Assembly (NCBI GenBank): GCA_016186115.1
Contig: JACPMK010000003.1
Location: 154,470-218,469, forward strand
DNA from: Candidatus Wildermuthbacteria bacterium
Lineage (GTDB): Bacteria; Patescibacteriota; Minisyncoccia; Minisyncoccales; UBA10102
Length of the DNA: 64,000 nucleotides
Direction of reading: 5' to 3'
The translations under genes and the position numbers were made by a program. The notes under the pieces were generated by a model. The model saw nothing but the letters and a program-made list of their open reading frames with translations, did no database searches and had not been told where the DNA came from. Shown piece by piece: positions 37,971 to 46,541 of this stretch; position 1 is the stretch's first letter, and each line of letters starts with the position of its first letter.

Positions 37971-39029
37971 ATGCAAGATCGGCTATTGCAACTCCTGCCC
38001 GAGGCAAAAACAAATGTGCCCTTGGCTCCATACACAACTTTTCATATCGGCGGACCAGCCCGATATTTTTTTATTGCACGGCAAAAAGAAGATTTGGTTC
38101 ACGCGGTTGAGGCAGCGAAAAAACTGCATATACCCCTTTTTATTTTGGGAGGCGGTTCCAATGTTTTGGTTTCTGATAAAGGATTCAATGGCTTGGTGGT
38201 GAAAATAGAGATACAGGGAATCGATTGGAAGCAGCAAAAAGATGAGAACGTAAGAGTTTGTGTCTGTGCAGGAGAGCAATGGGATCATGTTGTTGCGCTT
38301 TCTATTGAGAAGAATCTTTTTGGCGTCGAAAACCTTTCGGGAATTCCGGGTACTATGGGAGCTGCTCCCGTGCAAAATATCGGGGCGTATGGAGCAGAAC
38401 TCAAGGATACTCTTGATGAAGTCGAGGTATTCAATAAAAAGACAACGCAATTCGAAAAATTATCAGCCGATGCGTGCAAGTTTCATTACCGTGAGAGTAT
38501 TTTCAAAAAAAAGGAAGGGGAATCGCTTATCATTTCAGAGGTTTCGCTGCTGCTCAAAACGAATGGGCAATTCCGTGTACAATATAAAGATATTGATCGA
38601 TATCTTAGTGATCATCAAATTAAAAATCTTTCACTTTCTATGCTTCGGAATATCATTCTCGAAATCCGGCAAAGAAAATTCCCTGATCTTCGCGAAGTAG
38701 GAACCGCAGGTTCTTTTTTTAAGAATCCTATCCTGCGTAAAAAGGAATTTCAGAAACTCATCGCGAAATTTCCAGAGATGCCTTTCTACGAACTGGACCA
38801 AGATCGAGTGAAGGTACCTGTTGCATGGATTTTAGATCGTATCTGTCGTCTTAAAGGGAAAACCAAGGGGTCTGTGGGTGCATATGAAAGACAACCGTTG
38901 GTGCTTATCAATACGGGAAACGCTACTGCAAATGAAGTAAAGGAATTTGCGTATGAAATCATACGAAATGTAAAAGAAAAAACAGGAATTTCTATTGAAT
39001 CAGAAGTGCAATTGGTTGGGAAATTTTAG
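37971..39029 (+). CDS. murB: UDP-N-acetylmuramate dehydrogenase
   Basis: TTFHIGG, LGGGSNVL, GIPGTMGAAPVQNIGAYG, AGSFFKNP. Confidence 0.95.
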   Translation: MQDRLLQLLPEAKTNVPLAPYTTFHIGGPARYFFIARQKEDLVHAVEAAKKLHIPLFILGGGSNVLVSDKGFNGLVVKIEIQGIDWKQQKDENVRVCVCAGEQWDHVVALSIEKNLFGVENLSGIPGTMGAAPVQNIGAYGAELKDTLDEVEVFNKKTTQFEKLSADACKFHYRESIFKKKEGESLIISEVSLLLKTNGQFRVQYKDIDRYLSDHQIKNLSLSMLRNIILEIRQRKFPDLREVGTAGSFFKNPILRKKEFQKLIAKFPEMPFYELDQDRVKVPVAWILDRICRLKGKTKGSVGAYERQPLVLINTGNATANEVKEFAYEIIRNVKEKTGISIESEVQLVGKF

Positions 39030-39155
39030 AAATTTCAGTTTTCCCCATTGACATCATCTTTCGGCCATGAAAAAATGAGTTAAAGTGTGCAAATAGTGAG
39101 AAATGTCGACGCTATTTGTAAAGACAATTCTCTAACAAAGATAGCACCCACAACA

Positions 39156-39230
39156 ATGGCTAAGAAAAAAAGAAAGAGTGCAAAGAAAGCCGCGACTCGA
39201 AAGAGAACGACTCATCGGAGAAAAAGATAG
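39156..39230 (+). CDS. 24-aa Lys/Arg-rich microprotein MAKKKRKSAKKAATRKRTTHRRKR
   Basis: Hand-translated; TTGACA-17-AAAAAT upstream (39048-39076) and terminator downstream. Confidence 0.65.
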   Translation: MAKKKRKSAKKAATRKRTTHRRKR

Positions 39231-39253
39231 ATCTATTTTTCTCTCGATACTCT

Positions 39254-39285
39254 CGCAATCCCGCTTCAAGCGGGATTGCGTTTTT
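39254..39285 (+). terminator. Intrinsic terminator
   Basis: CGCAATCCCGCT-tca-AGCGGGATTGCG then TTTTT. Confidence 0.85.
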
Positions 39286-39344
39286 GTTCCAATGGAGTAC
39301 AATAGAACGCAGGGATAGATTCTCCCGATTGTATATTCTGAAAA

Positions 39345-39749
39345 ATGATCCGATCACGAAGACGGTTCAAGAATGGCAAGAACCATACCAATGTTCGATA
39401 TGCCGGAGTTCATCTCATCGCTGATTTTTGGCATGGGAAAATCATTGAAGACGAGAAACAATTTGAAACATTACTCTGGCAGGCAGCAAAGAAGGCGAGA
39501 AGTCATCCTCTGCAAATTGCATTGCATAAATTTTCTCCTCAAGGAATTACAGGCGTTCTTTTGCTTTCCGAATCGCACATCGCAATCCATACCTGGCCCG
39601 AGATTGGATATACTGCTGTCGATATTTTTACATGCGGAAAGAAATCTTTCCCCTCAAGAGCGCTCAAATTTCTCCGCAAGGTTTTGCAGCCTCATGAGGT
39701 TATGATTCGAGAAATCAGACGCGGAGAAGCAATCGCATCTATCTCATGA
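39345..39749 (+). CDS. speD: S-adenosylmethionine decarboxylase proenzyme (class 1B)
   Basis: HLIAD, HKFSPQGITG, LSESHIAIHTWPE, DIFTCG. Confidence 0.9.
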   Translation: MIRSRRRFKNGKNHTNVRYAGVHLIADFWHGKIIEDEKQFETLLWQAAKKARSHPLQIALHKFSPQGITGVLLLSESHIAIHTWPEIGYTAVDIFTCGKKSFPSRALKFLRKVLQPHEVMIREIRRGEAIASIS

Positions 39750-39755
39750 TTTTCT

Positions 39756-42248
39756 ATGTCTTTTCTGGCGAAATTATTTCGCAATGTCGCCCAAGGCGAT
39801 TTGCGGACATTTAATTCTGTTATCTCTGCAATAAATGCCCTTGAGAATCAATGGGCTGTTTTTTCATCAGAACAATTGAAAGAAAAAACCAAAGAACTTA
39901 AAGAAGAACTTCGCAGTGGCAAATCTCTTGACGACGTATTGCCCGAGGCCTTTGCTCAAGTTCGTGAGGCAGCAAAACGCACCTTAGGGCAGCGGCATTT
40001 TGACGTTCAGCTCATGGGCGGTATTGTTTTGCATCAAGGAAAGATCGCTGAAATGAAAACAGGAGAAGGAAAGACCCTTGCTGCAACATTACCCGCGTAT
40101 CTCAATGCGCTTGAGGAAAAAGGCGTGCATATTGTGACAGTAAATGATTATCTTGCAAAACGGGACACGGTCTGGATGGGGCAGATTTACCATGCACTTG
40201 GTTTAGCCGTGGGATGTATCACGCATGACGCATCGTACCTGTACGATCCTCATTATACATCCCAAATCCCAATGGCCAATGACCAAAATACGGAGCGAGA
40301 CAAAGAGCGTGACACAGTGGGCGGGTTCAAAGTGATCGAGAGTTATCTGCGACCGGTTTCGCGCAAAGAGGCCTATGCCGCTGACATTACCTATGGCACC
40401 AACAATGAATTTGGATTCGACTATTTGCGAGATAACATGATGTATAATCTGGAGGAGCGGGTGCAGCGAGAACACCAATTCGCAATCATTGATGAAATCG
40501 ACTCGATTTTGATTGATGAATCGAGAACTCCTTTAATTATATCTGCTCCAGACGAGGAAAGTTCTAAATGGTATTATGATTTTGCGCATCTGATTCCTCA
40601 TCTGGTCGCAAAAGAGGATTACGAGGTCGATGAAAAACTCAAAGCAGTTACACTTACAGAACAGGGTGTCAACAAAGTTGAGCAATTGCTTGGCGTGAAA
40701 GATATTTATGAAGAGAAAGGAATTAAATATCTTCATCATTTGGAGCAAGCGCTCCGAGCCCAGGTATTATTTCAGTGCGACCGTGATTATGTGGTCCGCA
40801 ATGGCGAGGTGATTATTGTAGATGAGTTTACGGGCCGTCTCTTGCCCGGTCGGAGATTTTCCGGCGGGCTTCATCAGGCATTGGAGGCAAAGGAAGGCGT
40901 CAAAGTGCAGCCAGAATCAATCACCTTGGCTTCCATTACCTTTCAGAATTATTTTCGAACGTATAAAAAATTAGCAGGTATGACCGGAACCGCAGAAACC
41001 TCTGCAGAAGAATTTCATAAGGTCTACAACTTGGAAGTAGTCGTTGTTCCAACCAATAAATTAATGATTCGAAAGGATTTGCCTGATCAAATTTATAAAA
41101 CCGCACAAGCGAAATTCGAGGCAGTTGCAAAACAAGTAAAAGAACTTCACGACAAGGGGCAGCCGGTTCTTATTGGCACGGTCTCAATCCAAAAGAATGA
41201 ATATTTGAGTAAATTACTGGAGCGGGAAGGAGTTCCGCATCAGGTTCTCAATGCCAAGCATCATGAAAAAGAAGGAGAAATTATCGCTCAAGCCGGGCGT
41301 CTGGGCGCAGTGACCGTTGCCACCAACATGGCAGGCCGCGGTGTGGATATCATCCTCGGGGGGAACCCGCAGGTTCCCGGAGATGTGGAGCGGTGCAGAA
41401 GCATTGGGGGGCTCCATGTGATTGGAACCGAGCGCCACGAAGCACGAAGAATCGACAATCAGCTTCGCGGAAGATCGGGGAGGCAAGGTGATCCCGGTTC
41501 CTCTCAATTTTTTGTTTCTTTGGAAGACGATCTCATCCGAATCTTTGGAGGCGATCGTATTGCAAAAATTATGGATCGTTTGCATTTGCCGGAAGATCAG
41601 CCCATTGAGTCGGGAATTATTTCCCATGCCATTGAGTCAGCGCAATCACGGATCGAGGGCATGAACTTCGATACCAGAAAACACCTTCTTGATTTTGACG
41701 ACGTGCTCAACAAGCACAGGGATGTAATATATAGGAAGCGAAAAGAAATTCTTGAGAAGGCCCAAGTGCAGGATTCGAATAACCCCGCGAGTTTAAAAGC
41801 GTATCTGCTTCCATTCTGTGAGCAGCACGGCTACACGCGGGAAGATTATGAAAAGAAAGAAAAAGAGCTGGGCCAAGAAAATATGCGGCAAGCCGAGAAG
41901 ATTGTTGCATTGCGCGCCATTGATTCGTTGTGGGTTGAACATTTGGAAAACATGGAGCAGTTGCGCGACTCGGTGCGGCTGCGCGCCTATGGCCAGCAGG
42001 ATCCCTTGGTGGAGTACAAACACGAGGGTCACCAAATGTTTCAGAATCTTCTTGCTACTATGGAAGAATTGATCGCGAATTCTTTGATGCGTGTCCAGAT
42101 CGCCCCTCGACAGAACTCGGGGCAAGCCCCCCAAACTTCGCAGCAGATGGCATCTGTACGATCTCCGAACGCTGCTCCCAAGGTTGGCAGAAATGATCCT
42201 TGCCCCTGCGGAAGCGGTTTAAAGTATAAAAAGTGCCACGGGAAATAA
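39756..42248 (+). CDS. secA: Preprotein translocase ATPase SecA
   Basis: [43 protein letters not shown] motif [20 protein letters not shown]. Confidence 0.98.
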   Translation: MSFLAKLFRNVAQGDLRTFNSVISAINALENQWAVFSSEQLKEKTKELKEELRSGKSLDDVLPEAFAQVREAAKRTLGQRHFDVQLMGGIVLHQGKIAEMKTGEGKTLAATLPAYLNALEEKGVHIVTVNDYLAKRDTVWMGQIYHALGLAVGCITHDASYLYDPHYTSQIPMANDQNTERDKERDTVGGFKVIESYLRPVSRKEAYAADITYGTNNEFGFDYLRDNMMYNLEERVQREHQFAIIDEIDSILIDESRTPLIISAPDEESSKWYYDFAHLIPHLVAKEDYEVDEKLKAVTLTEQGVNKVEQLLGVKDIYEEKGIKYLHHLEQALRAQVLFQCDRDYVVRNGEVIIVDEFTGRLLPGRRFSGGLHQALEAKEGVKVQPESITLASITFQNYFRTYKKLAGMTGTAETSAEEFHKVYNLEVVVVPTNKLMIRKDLPDQIYKTAQAKFEAVAKQVKELHDKGQPVLIGTVSIQKNEYLSKLLEREGVPHQVLNAKHHEKEGEIIAQAGRLGAVTVATNMAGRGVDIILGGNPQVPGDVERCRSIGGLHVIGTERHEARRIDNQLRGRSGRQGDPGSSQFFVSLEDDLIRIFGGDRIAKIMDRLHLPEDQPIESGIISHAIESAQSRIEGMNFDTRKHLLDFDDVLNKHRDVIYRKRKEILEKAQVQDSNNPASLKAYLLPFCEQHGYTREDYEKKEKELGQENMRQAEKIVALRAIDSLWVEHLENMEQLRDSVRLRAYGQQDPLVEYKHEGHQMFQNLLATMEELIANSLMRVQIAPRQNSGQAPQTSQQMASVRSPNAAPKVGRNDPCPCGSGLKYKKCHGK

Positions 42249-42249
42249 T

Positions 42250-42423
42250 ATGGCAATAAAACCAAAATGCGACAAATGTAAAAAGGAGTTGAAAGAATTT
42301 GGAGGAATTCTATTGAGTCCACCAAAGAAGAATGTGGTGAAGAAATTTCACCTATGCCAAAAATGTTATTATGAGATTTCTCGTGGCCTGGGTAAGAAAT
42401 ATAAGAAGTGTCATGGAAAATAG
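42250..42423 (+). CDS. 57-aa CxxC...HLCxxC zinc-finger microprotein ending in a SecA-like tail
   Basis: Hand-translated [10 protein letters not shown]...[25 protein letters not shown]; starts 1 nt after the secA stop. Confidence 0.75.
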   Translation: MAIKPKCDKCKKELKEFGGILLSPPKKNVVKKFHLCQKCYYEISRGLGKKYKKCHGK

Positions 42424-42424
42424 C

Positions 42425-42646
42425 ATGATCAAATTAGGAAAATACCGACACTACAAAGGAAAAGAGTATGAAGTTATAGGTGCTGCGCGACACAGCGAAA
42501 CGCTGGAAGAATTGGTGATTTATCGAGCATTATATGGAAATTTTGACCTGTGGGCGCGGCCACTGAAGATGTTTTTGGAGGAAGTAGAAGTTGATGGTAA
42601 AAAGATGCCACGATTTCAATATTTGGGTGATCCGCGTGGCAATTAG
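42425..42646 (+). CDS. DUF1653 family protein
   Basis: [11 protein letters not shown]...[27 protein letters not shown]. Confidence 0.9.
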   Translation: MIKLGKYRHYKGKEYEVIGAARHSETLEELVIYRALYGNFDLWARPLKMFLEEVEVDGKKMPRFQYLGDPRGN

Positions 42647-42711
42647 CATTAAAGATGTCATGGGAAATAAAGCGGAGTGCTCGCAGAGATAAAATTTGTT
42701 AAGATAGCAAT

Positions 42712-42885
42712 ATGAAGACAAGAAAGCGAAAAACAGTATCTTCTAAGTCCGCTCAGGAGATTCAGGACGATATTTTTCGAAAGATGTCTGCCGATAGAAA
42801 ATTTGCCACAGCAGCGCGCTTATCAATGTTTTGTTTGAAATTACATGCATTACATCACCATGCCGCACGAAATAGTGGATCCTAG
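42712..42885 (+). CDS. 57-aa small protein, probable partner of the downstream nucleotidyltransferase
   Basis: Hand-translated MKTRKRK...QEIQDDIFRKMSADRKF...; TAAGAT 6 nt before ATG; overlaps the next gene. Confidence 0.6.
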   Translation: MKTRKRKTVSSKSAQEIQDDIFRKMSADRKFATAARLSMFCLKLHALHHHAARNSGS

Positions 42886-43141
42886 AAAAGTAGTGGTACA
42901 GATAGCGAGTATATTTGATAACGTTAAAATTCCTTACTTTATAACCGGCGGCTTCGCCGTTTCTGTCTGGGGGCGGCCGCGCGCAACTTTCGATATCGAT
43001 ATTGTAGTAGAGCTTACCGAACCAAAGCAGATTGGCCCATTTGCTTCGGAAGTGCTTACGCTTGGCCTTCCAGATGAAAATGGAGAAGTTATTTTATTAA
43101 CCCCGACCGCAAAAGTTCCTAACGGCGGGAAAATGTTTTGA
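42860..43141 (+). pseudogene. Chimeric fragment: nucleotidyltransferase N-terminus joined to CsaA/tRNA-binding protein C-terminus
   Basis: YFITGGFAVSVWGRPRATFDIDIVV followed by PKQIGPFASEVLTLGLPDENGEVILL...VPNGGKMF. Confidence 0.75.
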
Positions 43142-43142
43142 T

Positions 43143-43294
43143 ATGATGGATGAATTGATCGATTTGAATGTTCCAGAAAAACTCGCTTATCCCTTAAAGC
43201 TTTCCTGCGAACATATTTTCAAATTGAGCAGAATGTAAAAATGGAACTTAAGAAATTGATTGTTGATGTGAAGGTGCAGGATTTAGAAAAATGA
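43143..43294 (+). pseudogene. Two short gene remnants (31 aa and 17 aa; the second resembles a VOC/glyoxalase N-terminus)
   Basis: MMDELIDLNVPE...* (43143-43238) and MELKKLIVDVKVQDLEK* (43241-43294), tightly packed. Confidence 0.35.
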
Positions 43295-43303
43295 GATAAG
43301 TTG

Positions 43304-43322
43304 AGACAGGCTAAGCCTGTCT
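43304..43322. repeat. Palindrome AGACAGGCT-N-AGCCTGTCT (second copy at 63328-63346)
   Basis: Direct sequence comparison. Confidence 0.8.
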
Positions 43323-43337
43323 ATATAATATAGAGGT

Positions 43338-43802
43338 ATGTTGCGAGGTTTGGTAAAATTCACGACGATTCTGGCAGCCTTTTTGATTGGAGTTGTGGTT
43401 GGGGGATATTTGTTTGCAGATAGCCAGCCGAGATCATTTCTCGCTATTCCCGATTGCAGAGATCGTTGTCTTGATGCAAATGAGCTGACGGGACTGCTGG
43501 GATCAATAGGGATTCAGCGATTCAATGGACTGGTTCCGCTCATGGTGAAGGAAACCGAAAAAACAGTAGTCATCAAGCATCCGTTTCCTCAAGCCCCGGT
43601 TCATTACGTGATTATTCCCAAAAAAGACATCCGGAATATCGCGGAATTAGAAGAAGCGGATCAGGAATATATCGTTGATGCGTTGGCAGTTGCAGGAGAG
43701 CTTGCGCGGCAGGAAAAATTGGTGAAGTATCGCATTCTGACCAATGGCCCCGGCTATCAGTCGGTCGCGTATTTGCACTTCCACCTTATGGGAAATAGAT
43801 GA
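43338..43802 (+). CDS. HIT-family protein with N-terminal membrane/signal segment
   Basis: PQAPVHYVIIPKK, NG..YQSVAYLHFHLMG. Confidence 0.85.
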   Translation: MLRGLVKFTTILAAFLIGVVVGGYLFADSQPRSFLAIPDCRDRCLDANELTGLLGSIGIQRFNGLVPLMVKETEKTVVIKHPFPQAPVHYVIIPKKDIRNIAELEEADQEYIVDALAVAGELARQEKLVKYRILTNGPGYQSVAYLHFHLMGNR

Positions 43803-43803
43803 T

Positions 43804-44115
43804 ATGAAAATAGAAATTGACCTCACAAAAATCAGAGAGAATCTACGCAATGCGATGCGGGAATGCGGTTATGCGCCGGAAGGAGTAGAGGAATCGACAG
43901 GCGAGTTGAAGTTTTTTCGTTCTATTCGCGGAGGGCGCTATCCAAGATTTCATATATATTGTAGGGTTTTACCCGACGATACCAAGGCGGTTTTGAATCT
44001 GCATTTAGATCAGAAGCAGCCGAGCTATGCCGGATCTGCGGCGCATAGTGGCGAGTACGAGGGTTCTGTTGTCGAGGCCGAAGCCGCCCGCATCCAATCG
44101 CATCTTTACTTTTAA
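43804..44115 (+). CDS. Conserved hypothetical protein upstream of secD
   Basis: YPRFHIY...LNLHLDQKQPSY..AHSGEY; tightly packed in the operon. Confidence 0.75.
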   Translation: MKIEIDLTKIRENLRNAMRECGYAPEGVEESTGELKFFRSIRGGRYPRFHIYCRVLPDDTKAVLNLHLDQKQPSYAGSAAHSGEYEGSVVEAEAARIQSHLYF

Positions 44116-44148
44116 GCAATTCGATGGTATCGTATAGAGGACTCTTTC

Positions 44149-45588
44149 ATGAGAAAACGTACACTTGGTGCGGTTCTATTTTGTATTATACTTTTGGGAA
44201 TTGCTGCTGCTGTTTTTGTATTTCCTAATGAAGTCAATCGCGGGATTGACTTTTTTAATGCAAAAAGAGATCAAATTTCGAAATTGCAATGGCTGCCCCA
44301 CATCCGGCAGGTTCCCAATGTGCCTTTTCGTTTTGGTTTGGATCTGCGAGGCGGAGCCCAACTCACCTATCAAGCCGATCTTTCAAATGTTCAGAAGTCC
44401 GAATACGACGCAAAGATGCAGGGATTGCGAGATATTATTGAGCGAAGAGTGAATTTCTTTGGAGTTGTGGAGCCCAATATTCAGATTGAGGGTTCTGGAG
44501 ATGACCAGCGGCTTGTCGTTGATCTGCCCGGAGTTACCAATGCAGAGCAGGCAAATAAACTTGTGACAAGCGCCCCATTTCTGGAGTTCAAGGAGCGTCT
44601 TTCTGTTGATCAGACAAAAGAAATTTTGAAGGAGTTTCTTGGAGATCAAAGCGACCAAGCAGATCCCGAAACGCTCTGCAGAACTTCTATTTTTTTGAGA
44701 TCATTTATCGCTGCCTATCGGACAGATCCCTGTTTCCAATCAGTTGGCCTGACGGGCGCACAATTGAAGCGGGCGGATGTGGATTTTCAACAACTTCCGA
44801 GTCAGCCGGCGGTTTCTCTTCAGTTTAATGAAGAAGGAGCAAAAATTTTTGAGGAAATTACAGGAAGAAATATTCAAAAACCAGTGGCAATTTATCTCGA
44901 TGGGCAACCCGTACAAATTGCTACTGTTCAGGAAAAGATTTCGGGAGGTCAGGCGCAAATCACAGGGATTGCTTCTCTTGATGAGGCCCGTCAGCTGGTG
45001 CGGAATTTAAATGCAGGAGCAATTCCCGTATCTATTACATTAATTTCGCAGAGAACTTTAGGTCCAACGCTTGGAGCCCTTTCTTTGCAGCAGAGCTTAA
45101 GGGCCGGGATTGGAGGGCTTGCTGCCGTGCTTGGATTTATGATTTTGTTCTATCGATTGCCGGGTTTGCTCGCAAGTATCGCCCTTATGCTTTACGTGCT
45201 ATTTTTGCTTGCGTCCTTCAAAATTTTTTCTGTTACGCTTTCTTTGGCCGGGATCGCAGGAGTTATCCTTTCGATCGGCATGGCAGTGGACGCGAACATT
45301 CTTGTGTTTGCCAGAATGCGTGAGGAAATGCGGGAGGGAAAAGGTTTTTCTGCGGCGTTGAGCGAAGGATTCCGCCGGGCATGGCCCTCGATTCGCGATG
45401 GCAACCTTACTACAATTCTCACCACAGTCATCCTGTTTCTCCTTGGTTCTTCTTTCGTGCAGGGATTTGCGGTCACATTGCTTTTGGGTATTCTCTTGAG
45501 CATGTTTTCTGCGCTTGTTGTCACGAGAATTCTTTTGCGCATGTTCGAGGGAACCCGCTTATCGAACCTTAAGCGATTATGGATATAA
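44149..45588 (+). CDS. secD: Protein translocase subunit SecD
   Basis: GLDLRGG, GMAVDANIL..R..EE, IRDGNLTT. Confidence 0.96.
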   Translation: MRKRTLGAVLFCIILLGIAAAVFVFPNEVNRGIDFFNAKRDQISKLQWLPHIRQVPNVPFRFGLDLRGGAQLTYQADLSNVQKSEYDAKMQGLRDIIERRVNFFGVVEPNIQIEGSGDDQRLVVDLPGVTNAEQANKLVTSAPFLEFKERLSVDQTKEILKEFLGDQSDQADPETLCRTSIFLRSFIAAYRTDPCFQSVGLTGAQLKRADVDFQQLPSQPAVSLQFNEEGAKIFEEITGRNIQKPVAIYLDGQPVQIATVQEKISGGQAQITGIASLDEARQLVRNLNAGAIPVSITLISQRTLGPTLGALSLQQSLRAGIGGLAAVLGFMILFYRLPGLLASIALMLYVLFLLASFKIFSVTLSLAGIAGVILSIGMAVDANILVFARMREEMREGKGFSAALSEGFRRAWPSIRDGNLTTILTTVILFLLGSSFVQGFAVTLLLGILLSMFSALVVTRILLRMFEGTRLSNLKRLWI

Positions 45589-45598
45589 AATAGATAGT

Positions 45599-46480
45599 AT
45601 GAATTTCTTTCGATATCTTAAAATCTATTTCATTATTTCTGCTCTTTTGGTTGGCGCTGCAATCATGAGTATTGCGGTATTTCGTTTGCCCATCGGCATC
45701 GATTTTACCACGGGAAGTATTCTTGAAGTTGATTATGCCCAAGGGAGGCCGTCGAATCAGGAGATACAGGATCAACTCTCAAATATTGATCTTGGTTCAG
45801 TAACTATCCAGCCAGTTGGAGAGAGCGGCGTATTGTTGAAGATGAAAGATATTTCTCCCGAAACCCATCAGGAAATTTTAAAGCGCTTGGGAGACGATGC
45901 CAAAGAGTTACGCTTTGAATCCATTGGCCCGATCGTGGGCAGGGAGCTGCGCAATAAAACCTTCCTTATCGTTCTTCTTTCGGTGAGTTTGATGTTGCTT
46001 TACATTGCAATTGCTTTCCGGCGCGTAACGAAACCCATTTCTTCGTGGCATTATAGTTTGGCAAGTATTGTACCTCTTATCGTGAATATCCTTGTTCCGG
46101 TAGGAGTGTTTGCGGTGTTGGGACAGTTAGGCCAAAGCGTTCAAATTACTGTTCCTGTCGTTGTCGCCCTTTTGACGGTATTTGGGTATACAATCAATGA
46201 TACCGTGGTTGTGTTTGACCGAGTCAGAGAAAATATTCTAACCCATGCCGGTCTTGATTTTATTGATGTGGTCAATCGAAGCTTTCGGCAGACATTGGCC
46301 CGAAACTTGGGAACATCCTTTACGGTGCTCCTCACGTTATTTGCTATTTTCTTTTTTGGGGGAGGGACGCTCAAAGATTTTTCTTTAGCATTGATTATTG
46401 GCATTGCTACCGGTCTCTTTTCTTCTCTTTTCCTCGCGCCGTCTTTCCTTATCTTTTTTGCAAAGGTTAGACATTCTTGA
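45599..46480 (+). CDS. secF: Protein translocase subunit SecF
   Basis: GIDFTTG, ESIGP.VGREL, GYTINDTVVVFDRVREN. Confidence 0.95.
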   Translation: MNFFRYLKIYFIISALLVGAAIMSIAVFRLPIGIDFTTGSILEVDYAQGRPSNQEIQDQLSNIDLGSVTIQPVGESGVLLKMKDISPETHQEILKRLGDDAKELRFESIGPIVGRELRNKTFLIVLLSVSLMLLYIAIAFRRVTKPISSWHYSLASIVPLIVNILVPVGVFAVLGQLGQSVQITVPVVVALLTVFGYTINDTVVVFDRVRENILTHAGLDFIDVVNRSFRQTLARNLGTSFTVLLTLFAIFFFGGGTLKDFSLALIIGIATGLFSSLFLAPSFLIFFAKVRHS

Positions 46481-46541
46481 CATAAATTTATAAATTTGGT
46501 TTAATATTTTAAACCCTTTATTTCCTAGATACTCTACACCT

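Larger units (their letters stand above)
42216..43798 (+). repeat. Degenerate copies of the secA 3' end: 42216-42248 (native), 42391-42423, 42638-42670, possible remnant 43788-43798
   Basis: [10 protein letters not shown] / [10 protein letters not shown] / G(N*H*)RCHGK* / ATGGGAAATAG. Confidence 0.8.

Noticed and set aside
42216..43798. CRISPR array or classical integron attC array
   Set aside because: Repeats are protein-coding remnants with synonymous divergence, spacers are whole genes of variable length, and no cas, intI or attC-like hairpins are visible.
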